This document shows positions 28,601-41,019 of a DNA stretch of 64,000 nucleotides, one piece after another (position 1 is the stretch's first letter; each line of letters opens with the position of its first letter). The stretch is taken from contig OZ024740.1 of NCBI GenBank assembly GCA_964016885.1, positions 44,516,001 through 44,580,000 on the forward strand. Direction: 5' to 3'. The stretch is from Eledone cirrhosa. Taxonomy: Eukaryota. The position numbers were made by a program, and so were the translations under genes. Below the pieces are notes generated by a model. The model made no database searches. It had not been told where the DNA came from and saw only the letters and a program-made list of their open reading frames with translations.

Positions 28601-28815
28601 TAACTCTAACTACTTCCCTGTCTAGAGAGCGCTTCAGATATGTGGAGAAAAGGAAGAAATTATATGGCATATCACCAACCAGTGCACAAAGCTGGCACAG
28701 AAAGAATACAAGTGACACCATTATAATGTAGCAAAAGTCATTCACTGGCAGTTATGTGGAAAATACAGCCTCAAAAGAGCAAGCAAGCCAGTGGTATGAG
28801 CACAAACCAGATGTA
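25620..28815 (+). mobile_element. Near full-length degenerate R4/Dong-like LINE interrupted by an LTR-like insert
   Basis: VMECYY, QMICGQVRKIRK.GWL, WKLPGSDKV..YW, HLLFMDDLKLYGK, GGRGL, CR.CGE..E..WHI..C; many stop codons. Confidence 0.8.
28268..28637 (-). mobile_element. Probable solo LTR
   Basis: Interrupts the LINE between tgtagga and tgtggagaa; the minus strand runs TG...TATAAATAG...AATAAA...CA; TSD is not clean. Confidence 0.45.
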
Positions 28816-29702
28816 ATCCAGCAGGTCGTAATCAAGCAACAGGTCAACATAAAGTTGCAAGACTCATGTGCAATAAAAAAAAAAAACGAGATCATCATGG
28901 AATGTTATTTCCAAAGTAACCAGATTTAATAGAGTTCCCATTAAAGGATACAAACAGATAATACAATGAGAGTGGAAAAATATGGGGTTTTTCTAGCCAC
29001 CAAACAAAGAATGTGTGATCAGAGCAGGGAAATAAAGAAAAACAGATGGCTTAGTGACTTAGAGTTAGAAGCAATAAGGGAGAAAATTGCCAAAGATTGG
29101 AGTAGTGAAGAAACCATACGAGCACTTGACACCCAGGATGTGCTGGTGACTCTTGAAGAAAGCACACAAACAACAATGAATGAAGCAGAACATATAGTTT
29201 GGACAGATGACCAACCAAATGAAAGCAGGAACAACTAGAGAAAATTGTTGAACTGATGAAGATAAAGGTGTCCAGCACAATAAAGTTATTTAAAGAAGTT
29301 GATCAAAGTAAATTGACTACAGTGACAACAAAGATAAATCGATTGATTTGACATGGGCAAACAGAAAATATTAGTGGCATAAATGACTTATACACTGCAA
29401 AGAAATTAGGGATAAATAATATGGAAACATCACAAAATAAAGACCCATGATGGGAACGAATAACACAAGGTGATTTGAATCTGTGGAGACATGATTTTAA
29501 ACTTCTGGAAAAAAAAATAATGGATATATAAAAGCTGGAAAGAATCAGGAAATAGATAGAAGATATAACACCCACCAAGGAAATGAGTAGACACAGTTAT
29601 GGAATAAATCTGGCAAAGAATTATTGCAAAATCAAAACATAAAGCAATATAGATTACGTAGAATAATTAATGGTGACCAGAAAAAGGTGTATCAAGAATT
29701 AA

Positions 29703-30008
29703 CCCTTTAGCATTTAAACCGGCCAGATCCGGCCAGATCTCTCTAACCTATTTCTGTTCAAACCAGCTGTAACCAGTCGTTCACACCTACATTAAGGTAT
29801 TGTTCTCAAAATAAACATCAAAATCTTGTAGAATCAATTATCCCAGTGTATTACTGGTACTCGATAAAATAAAGTACAAGTAATACACTGGGATAATTGC
29901 TGACCTTGTGCCAAAAGTAGAAACAATTATATAAGATAACTTTATGAAAGATAAAGCTTTACTGTGAAAATGCAATAATAAATATAGAATAATGTAAATG
30001 CTAAAGGG
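29703..30008. mobile_element. piggyBac-type MITE nested in the LINE, containing a SINE fragment
   Basis: TTAA|CCCTTTAGCATTTA...TAAATGCTAAAGGG|TTAA. Confidence 0.9.
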
Positions 30009-31021
30009 TTAAATGGTGAGATGAGATATGATGACTACATCTTCAATGCAGATGATAGCAAAACATTTTGGAATAGTATATGGAGTGTGGAGAAAGAACA
30101 TAATGATAAGGCAGACTGGCTGAAAAAACTCACAGAAACAAGGCATAGAAAACAGGACAACATCAAGATTACAAGAGAATTGGTAGCATTACAATCCAGG
30201 AACATGTCCAACTGGAAGATCATAGAGCCTAACAGAGTTCAAGGTTTCTGGCTGAAGAAGCTAGCTGCTCTGCACAGTAGAATTGTGATTGAAGTGAATT
30301 ACATACTTGATGGTGAACAAGCAATTCCCAATTAGATGATTGAAGAACTGTTTTGTGTTTGAAAGACCTAGTGAGGAGAAATGCTGTGAAAAACTTTCAC
30401 CCAATATCTTGCCAATATCTATATAAGTTGATAAGAAGTGTTGTGGCTGAAGGTATGTATGACTTTCTTGATAAAGAAGAATCATTACCAGGTAAACAGA
30501 AATGGTGTAATAAGGACAACAGAGTAACAAGTGATCAAATGCTAATTGACATGATAACATTGAAAGATTGTTGGAGACATACCAACTTAGGTAGATTGGG
30601 TAGATTGTATAAAAAAATATGCAACATGGTACCATACATTTGGATTATAGAATGCATGAATCTATTTGGAATTGCAAATAACATAGTGGAGTTTATCAGT
30701 AATAGTATGGGGAACTGGAAAACAAAGCTTACATCATTTGGTGTGACCCATGGAGAAGTGAAGGTCAAGAGAGGTATAATCCAAAATGGCTGTCTTTCAC
30801 CATTGCTCTTTGTGTTATGTATAGTTCTATGTTCTCTTCTGCTGAGAAAGACATCTTTGGGTTATGGAATGGATAGAAAGAGTGTAAAGGTCAATCTTTA
30901 TGGATGATCTTAAGCTGTTAGAAAAACACCAAGATCAAACTGGCCCATTAGTCAACATAGTACACATGTTTAGGATTGATATAGGAATGGAATTAGGAAT
31001 CAACAAGTGTGGTATATTAAT

Positions 31022-31212
31022 AATTGTTTCTACTTTTGGCACAAGGCCAGCAATTATCTCAGTGTATTACTGGTACTTCATTTTATCGACCCTGTAAGGA
31101 TGAAAGGCAAAGTTGACCTCGTCGGGATTTGAACTCAGATCATAAAGGGAAGTAACTCTATGCTTCAAAGCATGGCGTCCAACCCTCTGCCGATACTGCC
31201 AATCCGCCACCC
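31022..31212 (-). mobile_element. SINE family A with TSD
   Basis: tgtggtatattaat on the left flank and twice on the right flank. Confidence 0.9.
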
Positions 31213-32621
31213 TGTGGTATATTAATTAGTGTGGTATATTAATAATGAGAGGAGAAGTAAATAGCAAATGATGGCATTATGCTGGTGGATGATCAGTTCA
31301 TGAAAGTTGTTGAGGATGTAAGATATAAATATCTAGGAATACTGGAATCTGATAAAATCAAGGAAAGATAGATGAAGAAGAAGTTTGAGATGGAGTATTT
31401 GAGGTGATTGAAACTAGTATTAAAGTCAGCATTAAATGAAAGGAATAAATTTCTATCTGTAAACACGAGGGCTGTGTCTGTACTATACAATACGAGGTTG
31501 TAGTGTTGAACTAGACACAAGAAGAAATACAAGGAAGATTTTGACTGTGTGGTGCATTACACCTGAGGAATCTTATTATCATATTGTTAGAATGTATCTA
31601 CCAGGAAAAATGAGAGGATGTGGTTTGATTGGATGTGAAGATTGTATAGGAAGTGAAGAAAATAGTTTAGGGTGGTTTGTTAAAAATACTGTCAAAACAT
31701 TTTGATTAATGTGAAACGATCCAGAGTAACAAAGTCTGAAAACTACATCAAAAAAGAGGAGTACAATAGGAAGACAAATAAAGAGAAGATTGATAAGTGT
31801 GAGTGTGTGTGTGTGGGGGGGGGGGGGGGGGAGAAGAAGGCCTGTTCAATTTATCCAAGAAATTGGTGATCATGTTGATAACATTAACACATGGGAATGG
31901 GTGAGAAAATTTGATTTAAAGGTTAGGATGGAATCTTTAATCTGCACTGCACAGGAGCAATCCTTGAGGACAAATTATGTGTGGAGATAAAGGAAAGACG
32001 ATAAGCCACATATTAAGTGAATGCTCCAAACTTGTTCAAAGAGAATACAAGAGAAGCCATGACTATAGCATGCATCATTTACTGTAAGTTTGTGAGAAGT
32101 TTTGTCTTGAGAGAACAAACCCCAGAGAGTGTCATTGATAATGGTTAGGATAAAATATTGTGGGATGTTATGATACAATGTAACAATATGATTGAAGCAA
32201 GGAAGCCAGACATTGTACTTGTCAACAAGAAAAAAAAAAATTGCATTGTAATAGATATTGTGATTCTTGGTGACAACAAAGTGGATGAAAAGGTGGAAGA
32301 GAAGATAAAGAAGTATGGGGATCTCAACTGGAAAGTTAGCACATTATGGCAAATTAAAAAAGGAGAAATAGTGCCTTTAGCAATTGGAACACTTGGATCA
32401 ATATAAAAAAAAATAAGGGATTGAAAATTAAGGAAGCTCAGAATAGCAATAGAAACAGACACACTACAAATGACAGCCTTATTAGGAACAACAAGACTTT
32501 TGAGAAAAGACTTAAATTTGAAGAAACTTTGGGAACCTCTGATCATTTGGTCAACCTATTTCCAAAGCTTAAATTTGGTTGAAGATCTGCCAGCATCATG
32601 AAAATAATAATGATAATAATA

Positions 32622-33248
32622 ATGATTTCATTTATTGTCCACAAGGTCCGACATGTAGGGTACAATACAAAGACACAGACAGTGGGGATTTACAATAAGG
32701 TCGAGTAAAAGTGCACAATAGCTAGACTAATTTAACAATGAAGGTATAAAAATATAAAATAAACTATGCATAAATATAACAAAATAAATTCCCCTATTGG
32801 GGGTGGACGACCCTGGGGTGACTCAGGTACCCCACCAATCCTGAAACACCCTGCGCTTCTAGGGCACCCGGGGAGAGCACTCCTCTCCTCCTCAAATTAG
32901 CTAGCCTATAGGTGCATAATCAGAGTAGGCCCATTCACACGGGCCATTCTCACCACATTCATCCACCTTTTAGCAAATATACTGGGGGGCAGCACTTCTC
33001 TCTCCACCCTCACCTTCTTTTCCAGGTGAAACTTGAAGAGGTTGATGAGGGATTGGCTGAAGAGAAAAGTGTCTGTCTTCAGTCCTTTTAATCTGGTCCA
33101 CCATATAACCTCTTTCGCAACTGCCACCAGACAGGATAATTGCCTGCTCTTTCTGGCCAAAGGAAGGCGGCGGGTTGATCTTCACTAGGGACTTGGCCGA
33201 TAGCCGGATCCGTTCTACACGCAGCAATAGCTGTTCAACATAACTCCA
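32622..33248 (-). mobile_element. Tx1-like LINE 3' end; a shorter copy lies at 34452-34713
   Basis: VAVAKEVIWWTRLKG...FKFHL.KKVRVER; 3' UTR ends aataaatgaaatcattatt. Confidence 0.75.
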
Positions 33249-33261
33249 CTAATAATAATAA

Positions 33262-33582
33262 TAATTGTTTCTACTTTTGGCACAAGGCCAGCAATTACCC
33301 AGTACAATTCGGGTAATTTATTTTAACGACGCCGTAAGGATGAAAGGCAAAGTTAACCTCGGCGGGATTTGAACTCGGATCGTAAAGGGAAATAACTATG
33401 CTGGAAAGCATGTCCGACACTCTACCGATACTGCCAATCCACTGCCCTCTATAATAATAATAATAATGGTTTCTAATTTAGGCACAAGCCAACAATATTT
33501 GGAGGCAGAGGAAAGTTGATTAAATCAACCTCAGCGTATTATTGGAACTTTATTTTATCAACCCTGTAAGAATGAAATGTTA
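33262..33582 (-). mobile_element. Two SINE family A copies
   Basis: Core and tail motifs on the minus strand, each next to (TAA)n. Confidence 0.75.
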
Positions 33583-33665
33583 AACCTTAACCCTCTGATA
33601 CATCCTGAATATCTGAAGCTGCAGATAGCAGCTTGATGTTCATTTGGGCAAATGTTTTGAAGTGA

Positions 33666-33758
33666 AACAACAACAACAACAACAACACCAGCAGCAGCAG
33701 CAACAACAACAGCAGCAGCAGCAACAACAACAGCAACAACACAAACACCAACAACAAC

Positions 33759-33810
<52 letters not shown>
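33666..33810. repeat. (CAA/CAG)n-(TAA)n microsatellite, tail of an RLE LINE end
   Basis: Direct reading; the preceding ctgaatatctgaag.tgcag is also found at 34880. Confidence 0.85.
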
Positions 33811-34935
33811 GGCACCAATTATACAACTCATGCAGAATGGATTCACCACCCAACAAAATAACACAACTCACATTCCACTTAACATACACAACAGAACAAG
33901 CGCTAAAATAACACCATGAACAGATGGAGTCTATACCCCCTACACACACACACACATACAAATAAGAACAAATAATGCTGCACACACCTCAGGAACACAA
34001 AGGTGCATCTGGTGATGCAGTAGAAACTCATATGAAACCGTCAAAGAACAAAAATAGTCTTAGTCACTTAACACTGATAAAAAATTAAACCAAAGCACCA
34101 GCCTAATGAACTTGATGGCTTGGGAGAGATTTAGATTTCAAATACACTGGAAATTATGCAACAAACACTATAGAAATTCCAGAAAGTATTATAAAAATAA
34201 ACCAGCGAATGTTGTCATTGAAAACAAACATGTTAAAATGTTATCAGACATGAAAATACTAACAGACACGAAATTGGAACACTGAAGACCAGATAGAGGG
34301 AAAGATATAAAAACCTGTAAGATAATAGATGTAGTCTGTTGATTTGACACCAAAGTGAAAGGAAAAGAAATGTGAGGATATATAAATACCAGGATTTAAA
34401 GCGGGGGAACTAAAAGAGCTGTGAAACTGCAGAGTGACAATACCCTATAATAATGATTTCATTTATTGGCCACAAGGGCCTACATGTAGGGGACAATACA
34501 AAGACAGGGACAGTGGGGGGGGGGGGGGGGTTTACAATAAGGTTGAGTAAAAGTGCACAATTTAAAAGTGCACAATTTAACAATTAAGATATAAAAAATA
34601 TAAAATAAACTATGTATAAATATAACAAAATAAATTCCCCTATAGGGGGTGGACGACCCAGGGGTGACTCAGGTACCCCAGCAATCCTGAACCATCCTGC
34701 GCTTCTAGGGCACATAAAATCACTAGTTACAGTATCTGTTATAAAAAGACCACTGGGTACAGTGTCTGTTATATTAGGATCACTAGGTACAGTCTGAAAA
34801 TATCACCAAATGGCTCTCTATGATCAACTTAACAATAAACATTGTAACACTAGAGAAAGCATGAACCTTAAGATAGGTGCTGAATATCTGAAGATGCAGG
34901 CAGTAGCTTAATGTTCAGCAAATAAAGCCAGCAGA

Positions 34936-34985
<50 letters not shown>

Positions 34986-35074
34986 CACTACTACTACAAA
35001 TAATAATAATAACAATGATAATACCACCACCATCACCACTACCACCACAACTACTACATATAAAAAATAAAAAT

Positions 35075-35255
35075 AAAATAATGAAATTATTGTGTACAGT
35101 GCTCAGGTGCACTACAACTCGTCAAAGGTGCATATATAGTACATAGAATAATATACAAATATCAGGGAAGTGAATAGTGTATGAGTCATGATATACATGT
35201 GTGTATGTGTATGGAGGGGGAATATTAGGTGTAGTGTTGGCGAATCTCAGGAAGC
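35075..35255 (-). mobile_element. LINE 3'-end fragment; other copies at 58355-58420 (+) and 60230-60310 (-)
   Basis: Shared aatgaaattattgtgtacagtgctcaggtgcactacaactc.tcaaaggtgcat. Confidence 0.6.
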
Positions 35256-35477
35256 CACACAGGGCTCAACATTAAGAAAACATTAAAGATGACACAGGAT
35301 GGTACAGTGCGGAGGGGGGGGGGGGCATTTTTTGTGTGAAATAAAATTTATAACACAGACTAAGAAAATAAATATTTAAAGAATCAAACGTGGAGGGACT
35401 CCAAGTGTCATGTGTGCCCTCCCAGTTGACCCTCTCTATTCTACAGGCATATACTCAAGACAGGCCCATCACTTAGA

Positions 35478-35600
35478 CCAGAGGTTCTCAACACTGGCGC
35501 TACCACCCCTGGGGGTATTGAGAAAGTCCAGTGGGGTGCTGGGGCCTAAGGGGGAGATGGGGGAAGGGTTAAAGATGATCTAATAATATATTAAATATCA
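35478..35600 (+). mobile_element. hAT-type MITE left end
   Basis: cttagac|CAGAGGTTCTCAAC resembles hAT TIRs; no partner TIR found. Confidence 0.45.
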
Positions 35601-35643
35601 AATGATACAAATTTTGCCACTAATATTATTGTAAAATTTTTTA

Positions 35644-35810
35644 TTTCTTGTCCAATTCTTTTAAAGTTTTATCTTAGTTTCTTGTCCTATTCTTTTAAAG
35701 TTTTATCTTAGTTTCTTGTCCTATTCTTTTAAAGTTTTATCTTAGATCCTTGTCCTATTCTTTTAAAGTTTTATTTTAGTTTCTTGTCCTGTATTTTTAA
35801 AGGTTTATAT
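35644..35810. repeat. Minisatellite of about 34 bp, 5 copies
   Basis: tttcttgtcctattcttttaaagttttatcttag repeated. Confidence 0.9.
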
Positions 35811-36361
35811 TCCAACAATATTACTTTTTTTTGCTGTACGCATTTTTCTATCTGGTACATACATACATATGCTCTTGTTCGTTTGTTTCTTATTTATTTA
35901 TCATGATTCTATGTAAGAACATTATATTCTAAAGATCAGCTTAACCCATTTGTTACCCTATTTGGTATGAAAGTTACTAACTATCGTTTTCAAATAATTT
36001 TGAATATAATCAAAAATTAAGAGAGATTTAATAAAATAACTAATTTCTTCATTCAACTGTGTTTGAAACAATAACATTTTTTTGTAAAAAAAAAAAATTA
36101 TGATGCAGTGTTTTGAATTTAAATATAATCATTTTAAAATGAATGGTTCTCTATCATAGAATCATGTGCGGTTTCTGGCAGGCTGGTATCAAAAGCTTTA
36201 ATAGTGAGAAACTTAGTTATATCACTAAATCCTATCAAATTCTTGATTATTTTCAAAATTATTTGAAAATCATTGGCAGTGTTTGTTGTTCATTAGAAAT
36301 ATATAAAAATATATTAGACTGTTGTTGATGTTATTTTGTTGTTCCTTGTTTCAATAGTGCG

Positions 36362-36676
36362 AAGGTGCATGGCTTAGTGGTTAGGGTATTTGGCTCACTA
36401 GTGTAAGGTCATGAGTTTGATTCCCAGTGGCAAGTTGTGTCCTTGAGCAAGACACTTTATTTTACATTGCTCTGGGCCACTCAGTTGTCAAAAATGAGTT
36501 TTACTTGTGATTCAAAGAGCTAGCCTTGTCCCATTCTGTGTCATGCTGAATATCCCTGAGAATTATGTTAAGGGTACACGTGTCTGTGGGATGTTCAGCT
36601 ACTTGCATGTTAATTTCATGAGCTGATTATTCCATTGATTATATCAACTCATTATCGTAACAGACACAGTGCCAGT
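36362..36676 (+). mobile_element. tRNA-derived SINE related to family B, with a different 3' part
   Basis: gcatggcttagtggttaggg...gagtttgattccc; gtgtccttgagcaagacacttt. Confidence 0.7.
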
Positions 36677-37027
36677 TTAATTTTCTTTTTGTAATTTTTT
36701 TTCGTTTCAAAAATTACAGAATAATTTCTTTTGAAATATCAACATCCAATGTGTTAGATAATTAACTCAGCAAATTAGTATGAAGTAGTCTAAACATTCT
36801 ATATTCACATTAAATATTAATTTTAATTTGCTTTGACTTTCATATTTTGATTTTTTTTTTTTTTCACAATTTCTAGTTTAAAATAAATTATACAATGTTT
36901 GGAATAAAAAAACAACAGAAATTAAATAATGTATAAAAGAGGAACGAGTGAGTGAGTGGCAGATTCTATATCCAGACTATGTGGTATATCTCAACTATGC
37001 CCATGGGCAGTATGGTGAATGCATTGC

Positions 37028-37745
37028 CATCCGTTGGATGTGTAATAGTAATATACGTGAATGGCAAAGCATAAACGAACTAAGGGAGAAATTAGGAATA
37101 AGAGGGATCAGATGTTGTTTACTCGAGAGAAGACTACGTTGGTACGGTCACGTGATGCGCATGAAAGACGCCAGCTGTATAAAAAAGTGCAGGGCGATAA
37201 AAATAGACGGAAGCCACGGAGTAGGCAGACCCAGAAAAACCTGGGATGACTTGATAAATTCCGACCTCACACACTTACACCTCTCCAAGACAATGTCACT
37301 GGACTGAGATCTTTGGCACTTCACAGTAATACAGAAGTCCCGCCTTGCCTAAGTACAAAGCGAAACCTACAGTCAGTAGGCACCTCTAACAAAAGTACAC
37401 CCCATCCCACTACCCCCACCCCATCCACACCACCCCTTCCAATGTAAAGTTATGTTGGTACCACAACATCCAGCCCGAAATAAATGAGGTCGTGTAGGTG
37501 TCACTGTCACGACAAAAAAACACACAGTCCACGCTGTAATGTGGCCGTGTAGGTAACACGGTAAAAACCTCCCAGTCCACACTGTAAACGTGGTTGGTGT
37601 TAGGAAGGGCACCCAGCCCTAGAAAACCCACCAGACAGTCCTATACGAGCAAGACAACCAATCTTGCTCAAGTGGGAAAATTCCCATCCAAACCCATGCT
37701 AGCGTGGAAGATGGACGTTAAACGATGATGGTGATGATGAGGATG
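37028..37745 (+). mobile_element. RTE LINE 3' fragment
   Basis: [10 protein letters not shown]...[11 protein letters not shown]...GRPRKTW, 3' UTR and (GAT)n. Confidence 0.9.
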
Positions 37746-37934
37746 AACAACCAGTAACACCTGCTGTGTCAGCCACTTCCCCCCATGGGGCTGCTTCCTG
37801 TCATTTTAGTTCTATAATTTCTAACACATTTTTTTTAAATTCTTTAAGATTCATTAAATGTCAAATATTTTATTTAACAACAATTTTAAAATTAATAACC
37901 ATTGAAAATATAAAACAAAATAATACATGAGTGC

Positions 37935-37990
<56 letters not shown>

Positions 37991-38842
37991 ATTTTTTTAT
38001 TTTCAGTTTTATTAATTTCTACTGTTTTGTCAGAAAGGAAAGGGCAGTATTCATGAGCTGTTTATTTAATTTTTCTGGTGGGGGGGGGGGGGGGTCCCTG
38101 AGACAAGTGGGCAAGAGAGAGGGAGAGAGGAACACCTGTCCTGTGGGGACTGCAAGTGTGAACCCTACATCATCATTACCATTTTATATCTATTTCTCCA
38201 TGTTCACACAGGTCGGATTATATATATATACACACATATATATATATGTGTGTGTGTATATATATATATACACACATATATATATATATGTGTGTATATA
38301 TATAATTCAAAATTCAATATGAATAAGGATTAGTATTATTATTATTTGTTTATACATCTAAGGTCATTAGGGTAAAAATGTGCATTCAGCTTAACTCACC
38401 TTACCAATGAAGATAGTGAATTATTATACTATAACCTCATATATTACTATATATATAGAGAGAGAGATAGAGAGAGAGGGAGTAAGAGGGAGAGAGAGGG
38501 GGTAAGAGGGAGAGAGAGAGAGAGAGAGAGGTAAAATCCCAACCATGGCCTCCTTATTGCATTGAATACTCCCATGATTAGGTGTTTCCTCGGTCTCAGC
38601 ACCGGGGACTCTCTCTCTCTCTCTATATATATATACAATATATATATAGAATAAATATATATAATAGAATAAATATGGTTTTATAAATATAGTTTCCATT
38701 TATTTAACATCATTGAATATTATACTCCAGAAGACCTGTCGAGTGGTCTGAATCAGTTATAAACATTTATATTTGTTGAATTACCAACAAATTGAATATC
38801 CCTTCTACTTATATATATATATATATACATAAATATATATAT

Positions 38843-39205
38843 ATCTCTAACAAAATACACCCCATCCCACCACCCCCACCCCATCCACGCCACCCCGTCC
38901 TATGTAAAGTTGTGTTGGTGCCGCGCCATCCAGGCCGAAACAAATGAGATCGTGTAGGTGTCACGACAAAAAAAACACAGTTCACGCTGTAATGTGGCCG
39001 TGTAGGCAACACGGTAAAAACCTCCCAGCCCCACACTGTAAATGTGGTTGGTGTTAGGAAGGGCATCCAACTGTAGAAAACCTGCCAGACAGTCCTATGC
39101 GAGCAAGACTATCACTCTTGCCTCAAGTGGGAATACCCCCGTCCAAACCCATGCAATCATGGAACACGGACGTTAAACGTTGATGATGATGATGATGATG
39201 ATGAT
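38843..39205 (+). mobile_element. RTE 3' UTR fragment
   Basis: Near-identical to 46984-47350. Confidence 0.9.
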
Positions 39206-40110
39206 ATATATATATATACATAAATATATAGAGGCATTTATATATGCATATGCCATGAGTAGCCTGGCTTTTAGGCTAGACACAGATAGACACAGTATTC
39301 CTGTATGTCATATAAGGTGAATGAAAGGTGTGTTTTTGTGTATGTATGAGTGTATGACTGTGTGTGAGTGAGTGTGAGAGACTATGTATGTATGTGTGCG
39401 TGTGTGTGCTTATGTTGATATTGTGGTTTTATTATAGGTCACCCTTGATTTAATGTATGTCTAGAATCAATGACATTCCAAGCATGACCATCTTTTCTAA
39501 TAAACATAGTATATCTAGGACTACATTATCCAATGTACCCTGTAAAAGACTGTATTGAGAAAGATTTGGCAACTATTTCTCACAGATTGAGTGATCATGT
39601 ATAGTCATGTTAATGTTGTTTAGCTCCATGTCAACCCTAACCAAACAGATCTATGTTAAAAGGCATTTCAACCAAGACCATCTCATCTTTTTAGGGATAT
39701 ATATGTATACATTATCTAATGATATGGTCAATCTGTCCCCTATTTACCACCAACACCTTGCCCCAGGATATCTTTAGCAGTCCACTCTGTTTCAAGCATT
39801 CAGTCCAGGTTTCTAGTTTAAGGACCCCTCAATACCTCTCTTTCTTCCACCCACCAATATAACAGACCCTTAAAGGGATCATGGGCATTGACCTTCTCAC
39901 CCTCACTAAACAGTAAAAAAGAAAAATCTGTTCTGTCTTTATATAATATGGTAGAGTATGATTTAGGTAGATTTGGCTATTATTTCTAGCAGGTTGTGTG
40001 ACTACATAGAAGCCCTTACTTTGGACCGGTGTATAATTATGTGGATGTATATAAATATATATATATATGTGTGTGTGTGTGTGCTATTTACATATATGTA
40101 ATAGACTTAC

Positions 40111-40419
40111 CTTGTTGCCTTGAGATGGGCAATGGTGGTGATGGTTGGGTAAGTTCCCCAGATGTAGTTTCGCCTCTTACTCTGATACAGTAATCCACAC
40201 CTTGCTTTAAATCTGTGATTCGATGTCTTTTAGTTTTTAATCCGGTCACCAGAGTTTTCCACTCTTTTGCTGGACGTTCAAGTATTTCTAATGTGTATCC
40301 AGTGAGTGCGTCTTCTCGATCATATGGCTGAAAGTATATCCGATGCCATTGTAATGTCACACCTTTGTTATCATCAGCTAGGATCTCTGGCTGAACAAAT
40401 GGGCCTGTATTAGGATCAC
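40111..40419 (-). CDS. Internal exon of a host gene encoding one fibronectin type III domain
   Basis: tttag|GTGAT acceptor and CAAG|gtaagt donor; 309 nt, phase 1-1; (G)DPNTGPFVQPEILADDNKGVTLQW...TGYTLEILE....WKTLVTGL...HRITDLKQGVDYCIRVRGE..SGE.TQPSPP shows the FN3 W/Y/L/Y pattern. Confidence 0.85.
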
Positions 40420-40963
40420 CTAAACATAAAAATATACAAAAAATATTTTAACAGGCAAACGTACACATCATGTAGTAGCTAATAATATGTATTAATATGG
40501 ACTTGAATATAGCAGAATAAAACAGTAAAATATACAATAATTATCTTTAACAAAGAATTCACTTACCAGTTTTTTAGATCATTGCTATAAAGTAAGTTTT
40601 GATAAGAAACGAAAGACACTACAAAGAGGAGACAAGGAGGAGAAGGCATCATATTACATTTGAAATATATCTCAGGTACCAAACACACATGTCTTATTCC
40701 TAAGGAATTAAGCATGTAAAGAATTAGCTTTAAACCAGACAGAAATAGACATGATCAACAACATAAGTAATAATAATAGGATAGGGATGGGGGGATACTA
40801 ACAGTTAAGTTGAAAGGAAGGGAGTGCTAGAAGCACCCTGCACCTAGGAGATACTTACACTAGCTAGTAGCATCAGTAAAAGAGGAGTGAAGAAAGGAAA
40901 GAAAGAAGCAAATATCAGCACAAGAACTTGTCTATCAGCTGGTGCTAATTTTTATTTATTTAT

Positions 40964-41019
<56 letters not shown>

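Larger units (their letters stand above)
28850..32620 (+). mobile_element. Second degenerate R4/Dong-like LINE
   Basis: IMECYF, QRMCDQ.R.I.KN.WLS, NWK...P..VQGFWLK, GIIQNGCLSPLLF, MDDLKL, WDVMIQC...EARKPDIVLV...CIVIDI; (TAA)n tail. Confidence 0.8.

Noticed and set aside
35644-35810. Regular repeats of about 34 bp as a CRISPR array
   Set aside because: No unique spacers and a eukaryotic context; an ordinary minisatellite.
40567-40584. Possible 18-nt micro-exon (ttatag|...|gtaagt) upstream of the FN3 exon
   Set aside because: Contains TAA in the frame needed to join the phase-1 FN3 exon; there is no support without RNA data.
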